Shown piece after piece: positions 1-15,000 of a stretch of DNA of 64,000 nucleotides. A program made the position numbers and the translations under genes. Where the stretch lies: the NCBI RefSeq assembly GCF_964355755.1, contig NC_092675.1:24400912-24464911 (forward strand), in the 5' to 3' direction. A model generated the notes under the pieces. The model saw only the letters and a list, made by a program, of their open reading frames with translations, was not told the DNA's origin and did no database searches. How positions within the stretch are numbered: the stretch's first letter is position 1; every line of letters starts with the position of its first letter. Origin of the DNA: Antedon mediterranea (taxonomy: Eukaryota > Animalia > Echinodermata).

Positions 1-3000
1 CGCTAAAACAAAACAGGTAAACAAACAATAGTAAATGTAATAGAAAATAATATCATCAATGAAAATACGGCATCAATACTTAATTTCTATCAATAATGGA
101 AGAATAACTTTGATTTGTTACCGAAACATATTATTTAAAACTTACGTTATGTTTGTAAAAATAACTTTTTCAAGACACTGGTCGTCAGCACAAGTTTGAA
201 TATGAACACAACCCATTACATACGGTGTAGTAAATATTTCTGGTAATTGTGTTGTTTGTTCCCGACATTGGAGAATAAGAGCAACTTCGCTACAAGTTCC
301 TAAAACACAATCACTGGTGGTCTCCGGAGTTACTGTTGCATTGGCAATTGATCCATCTTCACATAACGCAGAAACAGTAATTGATTCACCGACCGTAGCA
401 GCAACACATACAGTACCGTTAACATTAGTGGTATGCATTTCAATTATTCCTGATGACTTCTCCAACACGCTAAAACAAAACAGGTAAACAAACAATAGTA
501 AATTTAACAGAAAATAATATCATCAATGAACATACAGCCTCAATACTTCATTTCCATAAAATATGGAAGAATAACTTTGGTTTGTAACCGAAACATATTA
601 TTAAAAACTTACGTTATGTTTGAAAAAATAACTGGTTCAAGACACTGGTCGTCAGCACAAGTTTGAATATGAACACAACCCATTGCATACGGTGTAGTAA
701 ATATTTCTGGTAATTGTGTTGTTTGTTCCCGACATTGGAGAATAAGAGCAACTTCGCTACAAGTTCCTACTTGACAATCACCGGTGGTTTCCGGAGTGAC
801 TGTTGCATTGGCAATTGATCCGTCTTCACATAACACAGAAACAGTAATTGATTCACCGACCGTAGCAGCAACACATACAGTACCGTTAACATTAGTGGTA
901 TGCATTTCAATTATTCCTGATGACTCCAACACGCTAAAACAAAACAGGTAAACAAACAATAGTAAATTTAACAGAAAATAATATCATTAATGAACATACA
1001 GCCTCAATACTTAATTTCCATAAAATATGGGAGAATAACTTTGATTTGTAACCGAACATATTATTTAAAACTTACGTTATGTTTGTAAAAATAACTGGTT
1101 CAAGACATTGGTCATCACCACAAGTTTGAATATGAACACATCCCATTGCATACGGTGTAGTAAATGTTTCTGGTAATTGTGTTGTTTGTTCCCGACATTG
1201 GAGAATAAGAGCAACTTCGCTACAAGTTCCTACTTGACAATCACCGGTGGTTTCCGGAGTGACTGTTGCATTGGCAAATGATCCATCTTCACATAACGCA
1301 GAAACAGTAATTGATTCACCGACCGTAGCAGCAACACATACAGTACCGTTAACATTAGTGGTATGCATTTCAATTATTCCTGATGACTTCTCCAACACGC
1401 TAAAACAAAACCGGTAAACAAACAATAGTAAATTTAACAGAAAATAATATGATCAATGAACATACAGCCTCAATACTTAATTTCCATAAAATATGGGAGA
1501 ATAACTTTGATTTTTAACCAAACATAGTATTTAAAACTTACGTTATGTTTGTAAAAATAACTGGTTCAAGACATTGGTCATCACCACAAGTTTGAATATG
1601 AACACATCCCATTGCATACGGTGTAGTAAATGATTCTGGTAATTGTGTTGTTTGTTCCCGACATTGGAGAATAAGAGCAACTTCGCTACAAGTTCCTACA
1701 ACACAATCACCGATGGTTTCCGGAATGACTGTTGCATTAGCAATTGAGCCATCCTCACATAACGCAGAAATAGTAATTGATTCACCGACCGTAGCAGCAA
1801 CACATACAGTACCGTTAACATTAGTGGTATGCATTTCAATTATTCCTGATGACTTCTCCAACACGCTAAAACAAAACAGGTAAACAAACAATAGTAAATG
1901 TAATAGAAAATAATATCATCAATGAAAATACGGCATCAATACTTAATTTCTATCAATAATGGAAGAATAACTTTGATTTGTTACCGAAACATATTATTTA
2001 AAACTTACGTTATGTTTGTAAAAATAACTGGTTCAAGACACTGGTCGTCAGCACAAGTTTGAATATGAACACAACCCATTACATACGGTGTAGTAAATAT
2101 TTCTGGTAATTGTGTTGTTTGTTCCCGACATTGCAGAATAAGAGCAACTTCGCTACAAGTTCCTAAAACACAATCACTGGTGGTCTCCGGAGTTACTGTT
2201 GCATTGGCAATTGATCCATCTTCACATAACGCAGAAACAGTAATTGATTCACCGACCGTAGCAGCAACACATACAGTACCGTTAACATTAGTGGTATGCA
2301 TTTCAATTATTCCTGATGACTTCTCCAACACGCTAAAACAAAACAGGTAAACAAACAATAGTAAATTTAACAGAAAATAATATCATCAATGAACATACAG
2401 CCTCAATACTTCATTTCCATAAAATATGGAAGAATAACTTTGGTTTGTAACCGAAACATATTATTAAAAACTTACGTTATGTTTGAAAAAATAACTGGTT
2501 CAAGACACTGGTCGTCAGCACAAGTTTGAATATGAACACAACCCATTGCATACGGTGTAGTAAATATTTCTGGTAATTGTGTTGTTTGTTCCCGACATTG
2601 GAGAATAAGAGCAACTTCGCTACAAGTTCCTAAAACACAATCACTGGTGGTCTCCGGAGTTACTGTTGCATTGGCAATTGATCCATCTTCACATAACGCA
2701 GAAACAGTAATTGATTCACCGACCGTAGCAGCAACACATACAGTACCGTTAACATTAGTGGTATGCATTTCAATTATTCCTGATGACTCCAACACGCTAA
2801 AACAAAACAGGTAAACAAACAATAGTAAATTTAACAGAAAATAATATCATCAATGAACATACAGCCTCAATACTTAATTTCCATAAAATATGGGAGAATA
2901 ACTTTGATTTGTAACCAAACATATTATTTAAAACTTACGTTATGTTTGTAAAAATAACTGGTTCAAGACATTGGTCATCACCACAAGTTTGAATATGAAC

Positions 3001-6000
3001 ACATCCCATTGCATACGGTGTAGTAAATGTTTCTGGTAATTGTGTTGTTTGTTCCCGACATTGGAGAATAAGAGCAACTTTGCTACAAGTTCCTACTTGA
3101 CAATCACCGGTGGTTTCCGGAGTGACTGTTGCATTGGCAATTGATCCATCTTCACATAACGCAGAAACAGTAATTGATTCACCGATCGTAGCAGCAACAC
3201 ATACAGTACCGTTAACATTAGTGGTATGCATTTCAATTATTCCTGATGACTTCTCCAACACGCTAAAACAAAACAGGTAAACAAACAATAGTAAATTTAA
3301 CAGAAAATAATATCATCAATGAACATACAGCCTCAATACTTAATTTCCATAAAATATGGGAGAATAACTCTGATTTGTAACCAAACATATTATTTAAAAC
3401 TTACGTTATGTTTGTAAAAATAACTGGTTCAAGACATTGGTCATCACCACAAGTTTGAATATGAACACAACCCATTGCAAACGGTGTAGTAAATGTTTCT
3501 GGTAATTGTGTTGTTTGTTCCCGACATTGGAGAATAAGAGCAACTTCGCTACAAGTTCCTACTTGACAATCACCGGTGGTTTCCGGAGTGACTGTTGCAT
3601 TGGCAATTGATCCATCTTCACATAACGCAGAAACAGTAATTGATTCACCGACCGTAGCAGCAACACATACAGTACCGTTAACATTAGTGGTATGCATTTC
3701 AATTATTCCTGATGACTTCTCCAACACGCTAAAACAAAACAGGTAAACAAACAATAGTAAATGTAATAGAAAATAATATCATCAATGAAAATACGGCATC
3801 AATACTTAATTTCTATCAATAATGGAAGAATAACTTTGATTTGTTACCGAAACATATTATTTAAAACTTACGTTATGTTTGTAAAAATAACTTTTTCAAG
3901 ACACTGGTCGTCAGCACAAGTTTGAATATGAACACAACCCATTACATACGGTGTAGTAAATATTTCTGGTAATTGTGTTGTTTGTTCCCGACATTGGAGA
4001 ATAAGAGCAACTTCGCTACAAGTTCTTAAAACACAATCACTGGTGGTCTCCGGAGTTACTGTTGCATTGGCAATTGATCCATCTTCACATAACGCAGAAA
4101 CAGTAATTGATTCACCGACCGTAGCAGCAACACATACAGTACCGTTAACATTAGTGGTATGCATTTCAATTATTCCTGATGACTTCTCCAACACGCTAAA
4201 ACAAAACAGGTAAACAAACAATAGTAAATTTAACAGAAAATAATATCATCAATGAACATACAGCCTCAATACTTCATTTCCATAAAATATGGAAGAATAA
4301 CTTTGGTTTGTAACCGAAACATATTATTAAAAACTTACGTTATGTTTGAAAAAATAACTGGTTCAAGACACTGGTCGTCAGCACAAGTTTGAATATGAAC
4401 ACAACCCATTGCATACGGTGTAGTAAATGATTCTGGTAATTGTGTTGTTTGTTCCCGACATTGGAGAATAAGAGCAACTTCGCTACAAGTTCCTACAACA
4501 CAATCACCGATGGTTTCCGGAATGACTGTTGCATTAGCAATTGAGCCATCCTCACATAACGCAGAAATAGTAATTGATTCACCGACCGTAGCAGCAACAC
4601 ATACAGTACCGTTAACATTAGTGGTATGCATTTCAATTATTCCTGATGACTTCTCCAAAACGCTAAAACAAAACAGGTAAACAAACAATAGTAAATTTAA
4701 CAGAAAATAATATCATCAATGAACATACAGCCTCAATACTTCATTTCCATGAAATATGGAAGAATAACTTTGGTTTGTAACCGAAACATATTATTTAAAA
4801 CTTACGTTATGTTTGAAAAAATAACTGGTTGAAGACACTGGTTGTCAGCACAAGTTTGAATATGAACACAACCCATTGCATACGGTGTAGTAAATATTTC
4901 TGGTAATTGTGTTGTTTGTTCCCGACATTGGAGAATAAGAGCAACTTCGCTACAAGTTCCTAAAACACAATCACCGGTGGTTTCCGGAGTGACTGTTGCA
5001 TTGGCAATTGATCCGTCTTCACATAACGCAGAAACAGTAATTGATTTACCGACCGTAGCAGCAACACATACAGTACTGTTAACATTAGTGGTATGCATTT
5101 CAATTATTCCTGATGACTTCTCCAACACGCTAAAACAAAACAGGTAAACAAACAATAGTAAATTTAACAGAAAATAATATCATCAATGAACATACAGCCT
5201 CAATACTTAATTTCCATAAAATATGGGAGAATAACTTTGATTTGTAACCAAACATATTATTTAAAACTTACGTTATGTTTGTAAAAATAACTGGTTCAAG
5301 ACACTGGTCGTCAGCACAAGTTTGAATATGAACACAACCCATTGCATACGGTGTAGTAAATTTTTCTGGTAATTGTGTTGTTTGTTCCCGACATTGGAGA
5401 ATAAGAGCAACTTCGCTACAAGTTCCTATTTGACAATCACCGGTAGTTTCCGGAGTGACTGTTGCATTGGCAATTGATCCATCTTCACATAACGCAGAAA
5501 CAGTAATTGATTCACCGACCGTAGCAGCAACACATACAGTACCGTTAACATTAGTGGTATGCATTTCAATTATTCCTGATGACTTCTCCCACACGCTAAA
5601 ACAAAACAGGTAAACAAACAATAGTAAATGTAATAGAAAATAATATCATCAATGAACATACAGCCTCAATACTTAATTTCCATAAAATATAGGAGAATAA
5701 CTTTGATTTGTAACCAAACATATTATTTAAAACTTACGTTATGTTTGTAAAAATAACTGGTTCAAGACACTGGTCATCACCACAAGTTTGAATATGAACA
5801 CATCCCATTGCATACGGTGTAGTAAATGATTCTGGTAATTGTGTTGTTTGTTCCCGACATTGGAGAACAAGAGCAACTTCGCTACAAGTTCCTACCACAC
5901 AATAACCGGTGGTTTCCGGAATGACTGTTGCATTAGCAATTGATCCATCCTCACATAACGCAGAAACAGTAATTGATTCACCGACCGTAGCAGCAACACA

Positions 6001-9000
6001 TAAAGTACCGTTAACATTAGTGGTATGCATTTCAATTATTCCTGATGACTTCTCCAACACGCTAAAACAAAACAGGTACACAAACAATAGTATATGTAAT
6101 AGAAAATAATAACATCAATAAAAATACGGCATCAATACTTAATTTCTATCAATTATGGAAGAATAACTTTGATTTGTTACCGAAACATATTATTTAAAAC
6201 TTACGTTATGTTTGTATAAATAACTGGTTCAAGACACTGGTCATCACCACAAGTTTGAATATGAACACATCCCATTGCATACGGTGTAGTAAATGTTTCT
6301 GGTAATTGTGTTGTTTGTTCCCGACATTGGAGAATAAGAGCAACTTCGCTACAAGTTCCTACTTGACAATCAGCGGTAGTTTCCGGAGTGACTGTTGCAT
6401 TGGCAATTGATCCATCTTCACATAACGCAGAAACAGTAATTGATTCACCGACCGTAGCAGCAACACATACAGTACCGTTAACATTAGTGGTATGCATTTC
6501 AATTATTCCTGATGACTTCTCCCACACGCTAAAACAAAACAGGTAAACAAACAATAGTAAATGTAATAGAAAATAATATCATCAATGAACATACAGCCTC
6601 AATACTTAATTTCCATAAAATATAGGAGAATAACTTTGATTTGTAACCAAACATATTATTTAAAACTTACGTTATGTTTGTAAAAATAACTGGTTCAAGA
6701 CACTGGTCATCACCACAAGTTTGAATATGAACACATCCCATTGCATACGGTGTAGTAAATGATTCTGGTAATTGTGTTGTTTGTTCCCGACATTGGAGAA
6801 TAAGAGCAACTTCGCTACAAGTTCCTACTTGACAATCACCGGTGGTTTCCGGAATGACTGTTGCATTAGCAATTGATCCATCCTCACATAACGCAGAAAC
6901 AGTAATTGATTCACCGACCGTAGCAGCAACACATACAGTACCGTTAACATTAGTGGTATGCATTTCAATTATTCCTGATGACATCTCCAACACGCTAAAA
7001 CAAAACAGGTAAACAAACAATAGTATATGTAATAGAAAATAATATCATCAATAAAAATACGGCATCAATACTTAATTTCTATCAATTATGGAAGAATAAC
7101 TTTGATTTGTTACCGAAACATATTATTTAAAACTTACGTTATGTTTGTATAAATAACTGGTTCAAGACACTGGTCGTCAGCACAAGTTTGAATATGAACA
7201 CAACCCATTGCATACGGTGTAGTAAATTTTTCTGGTAATTGTGTTGTTTGTTCCCGACATTGGAGAATAAGAGCAACTTCGCTACAAGTTCCTATTTGAC
7301 AATCACCGGTAGTTTCCGGAGTTACTGTTGCATTGGCAATTGATCCATCTTCACATAACGCAGAAACAGTAATTGATTCACCGACCGTAGCAGCAACACA
7401 TACAGTACCGTTAACATTAGTGGTATGCATTTCAATTATTCCTGATGCCTTCTCCCACACGCTAAAACAAAACAGGTAAACAAACAATAGTAAATGTAAT
7501 AGAAAATAATATCATCAATGAACATACAGCCTCAATACTTAATTTCCATAAAATATAGGAGAATAACTTTGATTTGTAACCAAACATATTATTTAAAACT
7601 TACGTTATGTTTGTAAAAATAACTGGTTCAAGACACTGGTCATCACCACAAGTTTGAATATGAACACATCCCATTGCATACGGTGTGGTAAATGATTCTG
7701 GTAATTGTGTTGTTTGTTCCCGACATTGGAGAATAAGAGCAACTTCGCTACAAGTTCCTACCACACAATAACCGGTGGTTTCCGGAATGACTGTTGCATT
7801 AGCAATTGATCCATCCTCACATAACGCAGAAACAGTAATTGATTCACCGACCGTAGCAGCAACACATACAGTACCGTTAACATTAGTGGTATGCATTTCA
7901 ATTATTCCTGATGACTTCTCGAACACGCTAAAACAAAACAGGTAAACAAACAATAGTAAATGTAATAGAAAATAATATCATCAATAAAAATACGGCATCA
8001 ATACTTAATTTCTATCAATTATGGAAGAATAACTTTGATTTGTTACCGAAACATATTATTTAAAACTTACGTTATGTTTGTATAAATAACTGGTTCAAGA
8101 CACTGGTCGTCAGCACAAGTTTGAATATGAACACAACCCATTGCATACGGTGTAGTAAATTTTTCTGGTAATTGTGTTGTTTGTTCCCGACATTGGAGAA
8201 TAAGAGCAACTTCGCTACAAGTTCCTATTTGACAATCACCGGTAGTTTCTGGAGTGACTGTTGCATTGGCAATTGATCCATCTTCACATAACGCAGAAAC
8301 AGTAATTGATTCACCGACCGTAGCAGCAACACATACAGTACCGTTAACATTAGTGGTATGCATTTCAATTATTCCTGATGACTTCTCCCACACGCTAAAC
8401 AAAACAGGTAAACAAACAATAGTAAATGTAATAGAAAATAATATCATCAATGAACATACAGCCTCAATACTTAATTTCCATAAAATATAGGAGAATAACT
8501 TTGATTTGTAACCAAACATATTATTTAAAACTTACGTTATGTTTGTAAAAATAACTGGTTCAAGACACTGGTCATCACCACAAGTTTGAATATGAACACA
8601 TCCCATTGCATACGGTGTAGTAAATGATTCTGGTAATTGTGTTGTTTGTTCCCGACATTGGAGAACAAGAGCAACTTCGCTACAAGTTCCTACCACACAA
8701 TAACCGGTGGTTTCCGGAATGACTGTTGCATTAGCAATTGATCCATACTCACATAACGCAGAAACAGTAATTGATTCACCGACCGTAGCAGCAACACATA
8801 AAGTACCGTTAACATTAGTGGTATGCATTTCAATTATTCCTGATGACTTCTCCAACACGCTAAAACAAAACAGGTAAACAAACAATAGTATATGTAATAG
8901 AAAATAATATCATCAATAAAAATACGGCATCAATACTTAATTTCTATCAATTATGGAAGAATAAATTTGATTTGTTACCGAAACATATTATTTAAAACTT

Positions 9001-12000
9001 ACGTTATGTTTGTATAAATAACTGGTTCAAGACACTGGTCGTCAGCACAAGTTTGAATATGAACACAACCCATTGCATACGGTGTAGTAAATTTTTCTGG
9101 TAATTGTGTTGTTTGTTCCCGACATTGGAGAATAAGAGCAACTTCGCTACAGGTTCCTACTTGACAATCACCGGTGGTTTCCGGAGTGACTGTTGCATTG
9201 GCAATTGATCCATCTTCACATAACGCAGAAACAGTAATTGATTCACCGACCGTAGCAGCAACACATACAGTACCGTTAACATTAGTGGTATGCAATTCAA
9301 TAATTCCTGATGAATTCTCCAACACGCTAAAACAAAACAGGTAAACAAACAAAAGTAAATTTAACAGAAAATAATATCATCAATGAACATACAGCCTCAA
9401 TACTTAATTTCCATAAAATATGGGAGAATAACTTTGGTTTGTAACCGAAACATATTATTTAAAACTTACGTTATGTTTGTAAAAATAACTGGTTCAAGAC
9501 ACTGGTCGTCAGCACAAGTTTGAATATGAACACAACCCATTGCATACGGTGTAGTAAATATTTCTGGTAATTGTGTTGTTTGTTCCCGACATTGGAGAAT
9601 AAGAGCAACTTCGCTACAAGTTCCTACTTGACAATCACCGGTGGTTTCCGGAGTGACTGTTGCATTGGCAATTGATCCATCTTCACATAACGCAGAAACA
9701 GTAATTGATTCACCGATCGTAGCAGCAACACATACAGTACCGTTAACATAAGTGGTATGCATTTCAATTATTCCTGATGACTTCTCCAACACGCTAAAAC
9801 AAAACAGGTAAACAAACAATAGTAAATTTAACAGAAAATAATATCATCAATGAACATACAGCCTCAATACTTAATTTCCATAAAATATGGGAGAATAACT
9901 CTGATTTGTAACCAAACATATTATTTAAAACTTACGTTATGTTTGTAAAAATAACTGGTTCAAGACATTGGTCATCACCACAAGTTTGAATATGAACACA
10001 ACCCATTGCATACGGTGTAGTAAATGTTTCTGGTAATTGTGTTGTTTGTTCCCGACATTGGAGAACAAGAGCAACTTCGCTACAAGTTCCTACTTGACAA
10101 TCACCGGTGGTTTCCAGAGTGACTGTTGCATTGGCAATTGATCCATCTTCACATAACGCAGAAACAGTAATTGAATCACCGATCGTAGCAGCAACACATA
10201 CAGTACCGTTAACATTAGTGGTATGCATTTCAATTATTCCTGATGACTTCTCCAACACGCTAAAACAAAAGAGGTAAACAAACAATAGTAAATTTAACAG
10301 AAAATAATATCATCAATGAACATACAGCCTCAATACTTAATTTCCATAAAATATGGGAGAATAACTCTCATTTGTAACCAAACATATTATTTAAAACTTA
10401 CGTTATGTTTGTAAAAATAACTGGTTCAAGACATTGGTCATCACCACAAGTTTGAATATGAACACAACCCATTGCATACGGTGTAGTAAATGTTTCTGGT
10501 AATTGTGTTGTTTGTTCCCGACATTGGAGAATAAGAGCAACTTCGCTACAAGTTCCTACTTGACAATCACCGGTGGTTTCCGGAGTGACTGTTGCATTGG
10601 CAATTGATCCATCTTCACATAACGCAGAAACAATAATTGATTCACCGACCGTAGCAGCAACACATACAGTACCGTTAACATTAGTGGTATGCATTTCAAT
10701 TATTCCTGATGACTTCTCCAACACGCTAAAACAAAACAGGTAAACAAACAATAGTAAATGTAATAGAAAATAATATCATCAATGAAAATACGGCATCAAT
10801 ACTTAATTTCTATCAATTATGGAAGAATAACTTTGATTTGTTACCGAAACATATTATTTAAAACTTACGTTATGTTTGTAAAAATAACTGGTTCAAGACA
10901 CTGGTCGTCAGCACAAGTTTGAATATGAACACAACCCATTACATACGGTGTAGTAAATATTTCTGGTAATTGTGTTGTTTGTTCCCGACATTGGAGAATA
11001 AGAGCAACTTCGCTACAAGTTCCTAAAACACAATCACTGGTGGTTTCCGGAATGACTGTTGCATTAGCAATTGAGCCATCCTCACATAACGCCGAAATAG
11101 TAATTGATTCACCGACCGTAGCAGCAACACATACAGTACCGTTAACATTAGTGGTATGCATTTCAATTATTCCTGATGACATCTCCAACACGCTAAAACA
11201 AAACAGGTAAACAAACAATAGTAAATGTAATAGAAAATAATATCATCAATGAACATACAGCCTCAATACTTAATTTCCATAAAATATGGGAGAATAACTT
11301 TGATTTGTAACCAAACATATTATTTAAAACTTACGTTATGTTTGTAAAAATAACTGGTTCAAGACATTGGTCATCACCACAAGTTTGAATATGAACACAT
11401 CCCATTGCATACGGTGTAGTAAATGATTCTGGTAATTGTGTTGTTTGTTCCCGACATTGGAGAATAAGAGCAACTTCGCTACAAGTTCCTACCACACAAT
11501 CACCGGTGGTTTCCGGAATGACTGTTGCATTAGCAATTGATCCATCCTCACATAACGCAGAAACAGTAATTGATTCACCGACCGTAGCAGCAACACATAC
11601 AGTACCGTTAACATTAGTGGTATGCATTTCAATTATTCCTGATGACTTCTCCAACACGCTAAAACAAAACAGGTAAACAAACAATAGTAAATTTAACAGA
11701 AAATAATATCATCAATGAACATACAGCCTCAATACTTAATTTCCATAAAATATGGGAGAATAACTCTGATTTGTAACCAAACATATTATTTAAAACTTAC
11801 GTTATGTTTGTAAAAATAACTGGTTCAAGACATTGGTCATCACCACAAGTTTGAATATGAACACAACCCATTGCATACGGTGTAGTAAATGTTTCTGGTA
11901 ATTGTGTTGTTTGTTCCCGACATTGGAGAATAAGAGCAACTTCGCTACAAGTTCCTACTTGACAATCACCGGTGGTTTCCAGAGTGACTGTTGCATTGGC

Positions 12001-15000
12001 AATTGATCCATCTTCACATAACGCAGAAACAGTAATTGATTCACCGATCGTAGCAGCAACACATACAGTACCGTTAACATTAGTGGTATGCATTTCAATT
12101 ATTCCTGATGACTTCTCCAACACGCTAAAACAAAAGAGGTAAACAAACAATAGTAAATTTAACAGAAAATAATATCATCAATGAACATACAGCCTCAATA
12201 CTTAATTTCCATAAAATATGGGAGAATAACTCTCATTTGTAACCAAACATATTATTTAAAACTTACGTTATGTTTGTAAAAATAACTGGTTCAAGACATT
12301 GGTCATCACCACAAGTTTGCATATGAACACAACCCATTGCATACGGTGTAGTAAATGTTTCTGGTAATTGTGTTGTTTGTTCCCGACATTGGAGAATAAG
12401 AGCAACTTCGCTACAAGTTCCTACTTGACAATCACCGGTGGTTTCCGGAGTGACTGTTGCATTGGCAATTGATCCATCTTCACATAACGCAGAAACAATA
12501 ATTGATTCACCGACCGTAGCAGCAACACATACAGTACCGTTAACATTAGTGGTATGCATTTCAATTATTCCTAATGACTTCTCCAACACGCTAAAACAAA
12601 ACAGGTAAACAAACAATAGTAAATGTAATAGAAAATAATATCATCAATGAAAATACGGCATCAATACTTAATTTCTATCAATTATGGAAGAATAACTTTG
12701 ATTTGTTACCGAAACATATTATTTAAAACTTACGTTATGTTTGTAAAAATAACTGGTTCAAGACACTGGTCGTCAGCACAAGTTTGAATATGAACACAAC
12801 CCATTACATACGGTGTAGTAAATATTTCTGGTAATTGTGTTGTTTGTTCCCGACATTGGAGAATAAGAGCAACTTCGCTACAAGTTCCTAAAACACAATC
12901 ACTGGTGGTTTCCGGAATGACTGTTGCATTAGCAATTGAGCCATCCTCACATAACGCCGAAATAGTAATTGATTCACCGACCGTAGCAGCAACACATACA
13001 GTACCGTTAACATTAGTGGTATGCATTTCAATTATTCCTGATGACATCTCCAACACGCTAAAACAAAACAGGTAAACAAACAATAGTAAATGTAATAGAA
13101 AATAATATCATCAATGAACATACAGCCTCAATACTTAATTTCCATAAAATATGGGAGAATAACTTTGATTTGTAACCAAACATATTATTTAAAACTTACG
13201 TTATGTTTGTAAAAATAACTGGTTCAAGACATTGGTCATCACCACAAGTTTGAATATGAACACATCCCATTGCATACGGTGTAGTAAATGATTCTGGTAA
13301 TTGTGTTGTTTGTTCCCGACATTGGAGAATAAGAGCAACTTCGCTACAAGTTCCTACCACACAATCACCGGTGGTTTCCGGAATGACTGTTGCATTAGCA
13401 ATTGATCCATCCTCACATAACGCAGAAACAGTAATTGATTCACCGACCGTAGCAGCAACACATACAGTACCGTTAACATTAGTGGTATGCATTTCAATTA
13501 TTCCTGATGACTTCTCCAACACGCTAAAACAAAACAGGTAAACAAACAATAGTAAATTTAACAGAAAATAATATCATCAATGAACATACAGCCTCAATAC
13601 TTCATTTCCATAAATATGGAAGAATAACTTTGGTTTGTAACCGAAACATATTATTAAAAACTTACGTTATGTTTGAAAAAATAACTGGTTCAAGACACTG
13701 GTCGTCAGCACAAGTTTGAATATGAACACAACCCATTGCATACGGTGTAGTAAATGTTTCTGGTAATTGTGTTGTTTGTTCCCGACATTGGAGAATAAGA
13801 GCAACTTCGCTACAGGTTCCTACTTGACAATCACCGGTGGTTTCCGGAGTGACTGTTGCATTGGCAATTGATCCATCTTCACATAACGCAGAAACAGTAA
13901 TTGATTCACCGACCGTAGCAGCAACACATACAGTACCGTTAACATTAGTGGTATGCAATTCAATAATTCCTGATGAATTCTCCAACACGCTAAAACAAAA
14001 CAGGTAAACAAACAAAAGTAAATTTAACAGAAAATAATATCATCAATGAACATACAGCCTCAATACTTAATTTCCATAAAATATGGGAGAATAACTTTGG
14101 TTTGTAACCGAAACATATTATTTAAAACTTACGTTATGTTTGTAAAAATAACTGGTTCAAGACACTGGTCGTCAACACAAGTTTGAATATGAACACAACC
14201 CATTGCATACGGTGTAGTAAATGTTTCTGGTAATTGTGTTGTTTGTTCCCGACATTGGAGAATAAGAGCAACTTCGCTACAAGTTCCTACCACACAATCA
14301 CCGGTGGTTTCCGGAATGACTGTTGCATTAGCAATTGAGCCATCCTCACATAACGCCGAAATAGTAATTGATTCACCGACCGTAGCAGCAACACATACAG
14401 TACCGTTAACATTAGTGGTATGCATTTCAATTATTCCTGATGACATCTCCAACACGCTAAAACAAAACAGGTAAACAAACAATAGTAAATGTAATAGAAA
14501 ATAATATCATCAATGAACATACAGCCTCAATACTTAATTTCCATAAAATATGGGAGAATAACTTTGATTTGTAACCAAACATATTATTTAAAACTTACGT
14601 TATGTTTGTAAAAATAACTGGTTCAAGACATTGGTCATCACCACAAGTTTGAATATGAACACATCCCATTGCATACGGTGTAGTAAATGATTCTGGTAAT
14701 TGTGTTGTTTGTTCCCGACATTGGAGAATAAGAGCAACTTCGCTACAAGTTCCTACCACACAATCACCGGTGGTTTCCGGAATGACTGTTGCATTAGCAA
14801 TTGATCCATCCTCACATAACGCAGAAACAGTAATTGATTCACCGACCGTAGCAGCAATACATACAGTTCCGTTAACATTAGTGGTATGCATTTCAATTAT
14901 TCCTGATGACTTCTCCAACACGCTAAAACAAAACAGGTAAACAAACAATAGTAAATGTAATAGAAAATAATATCATCAATGAAAATACGGCATCAATACT

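Noticed and set aside
8067-8519. Extended 150-aa ORF suggesting a frameshifted unit
   Set aside because: The 1-nt deletion is in the intron; the acceptor AG and the 324-nt exon are intact.
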